DNA of 63,345 nucleotides, counting the filler, from Rhabdomonas costata (lineage: Eukaryota): the NCBI GenBank assembly GCA_019059605.1. It is 47 parts of 47 records of this genome, joined end to end, with 100 filler letters (N's around TTAATTAATTAA, not from the genome) between each part and the next. Parts side by side here need not be neighbours in the genome. Positions count along the whole stretch, not along the records: positions 62,096 to 63,345 come from JAHMHO010021939.1; 46 more parts are not named here. One strand, written 5' to 3'. Positions 62,237 to 63,345 of the stretch are shown here, piece by piece (position 1 is the first letter of the stretch; each line of letters starts with the position of its first letter). Below the pieces are notes generated by a model, which had not been told where the DNA came from, did no database searches, and saw only the letters and a program-made list of their open reading frames with translations. Made by a program: the position numbers and the translations under genes.

Positions 62237-62905
62237 GATCTAACAGAGGTTCTCAAGAATGGGTTTTCGCCAGAGCAACATTTGAGTGCACTGTACTGTG
62301 CAGGTGGTGTATCATTCTTTAATTCCGATTTGTCGGGCCGGGATCTCACCAACTCATTGCACCAATATTGTGGTGTGCGCTTTTTATTTTGCGATCCTTC
62401 ATATGACATTTGAGAATTTGTATTAGTCCGGGCGCACATGGTTACTACCCTCCCCCTCGGGGGGTTGATGACGCACCATGTGCCACACAGTCACGTATCC
62501 CACGTGACACCGGGGGTCAAAACAAGGCATGAGGCCGAAAAATGACAGATGGATCGGGTATCATCACTGATGGTTGTCAGCGTCACTCTGAGGCCCATCT
62601 ACACCTCAGGCAACGTCCCTGCCACAGCAGCCCGCTCCGGCCACCGCGAGGCTTGCCTCCTTGCCCTAAACTGTCTCACTCGCCCACCGTAGTCCACTAA
62701 GAAACTGTATCAACCACTCTTGGCCACAGAGGTTGCTGAGCCGTTTCCTCAAAAGGGGCCGGGATACCGTACCATTCCTTCGGGACAGAAAATTATGGAT
62801 GAGCCAGCAAAACTTACGGCATCTGTCTACCTGCCTGCCTGTCTGGTCCAACCCCCTGTCCCCCTAACGGTCACGCTGGGGACCCAACGAAGACTGACAG
62901 CACAG

Positions 62906-63098
62906 ACTGGGCCCCGGTGGTCTCCCTGGCGCGGGTAGTGAACCACTTCTCTAAGGATGACGGCGTCCTGTACATTCCGGGGGTCGTGGATGGGTCCCGA
63001 GCTGGGCGCGACCCCATTTCCTGCCCGGGCGTGGTTAACGTGGACCACTCGACGGGCAGAGGGCCAACGTGGTGGTTCACGGGCACATGAAGTGGAAG
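62906..63098 (+). CDS. Hypothetical exon with a possible 1-nt frameshift
   Basis: cacag|WAPVVSLARVVNHFSKDDGVLYIPGVVDG...NVVVHGHMKWK|gtagcc, GC3-rich. Confidence 0.3.
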
Positions 63099-63345
63099 GT
63101 AGCCTTTCCTCTTTGCCCTTTGGTCTAATTTATGCTGGGGTGGGCTTTTGAAGACTGTGGACTTCTGGCCTCTCTTCGTGAGATGGCGGTCCATTTTCGC
63201 GAAGGAGTGGTTCGTCCCTTCCTTTGAGTTCCTTTGGATTTCTTCTTTTGAGCACACCAAGCGGAGGTGACCTCCGCCTTGCCCTGTTGGCTGCTCTTTC
63301 CGTCTAAGTTTGGTCTGCACGTGTTCACGTGCAGACCAAACCAAC

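Overview
This window is not one contiguous locus. It consists of 47 unrelated contigs of about 1.25 kb each, joined by an artificial 100-nt linker (N44-TTAATTAATTAA-N44), so adjacency across linkers means nothing. Most contig ends carry G/T-only tails, and three share one 17-mer, which points to a whole-genome-amplified library. The DNA comes from an intron-rich flagellated eukaryote, possibly a euglenid (inference). Short GC-rich exons with mostly GT-AG and some probable GC-AG borders encode fragments of ALDH, IFT80, a TDP2-like EEP nuclease, a dynein heavy chain-like protein, LicD, an alpha-kinase, a TTL-like ATP-grasp enzyme, Myb, eIF4G, type II PI4K, a Cache/TM/HAMP receptor, dynamin, an LRR protein, a LigB-like protein, an AGC kinase, MCM7, acyl-CoA synthetase, a PC-esterase-like protein, SLC35D and threonine synthase. 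Mobile DNA includes a decayed Merlin/IS1595 transposase that the ORF track misses and a decayed LTR retrotransposon protease. The best leads are the apparently intron-split Merlin transposase, a candidate euglenid-type non-conventional intron, a tandem PI4K whose first domain looks catalytically dead, and an alpha-kinase with a signal-peptide-like N-terminus. No multi-gene novel system can be supported. All family assignments come from motif recognition by eye; no database searches were run.
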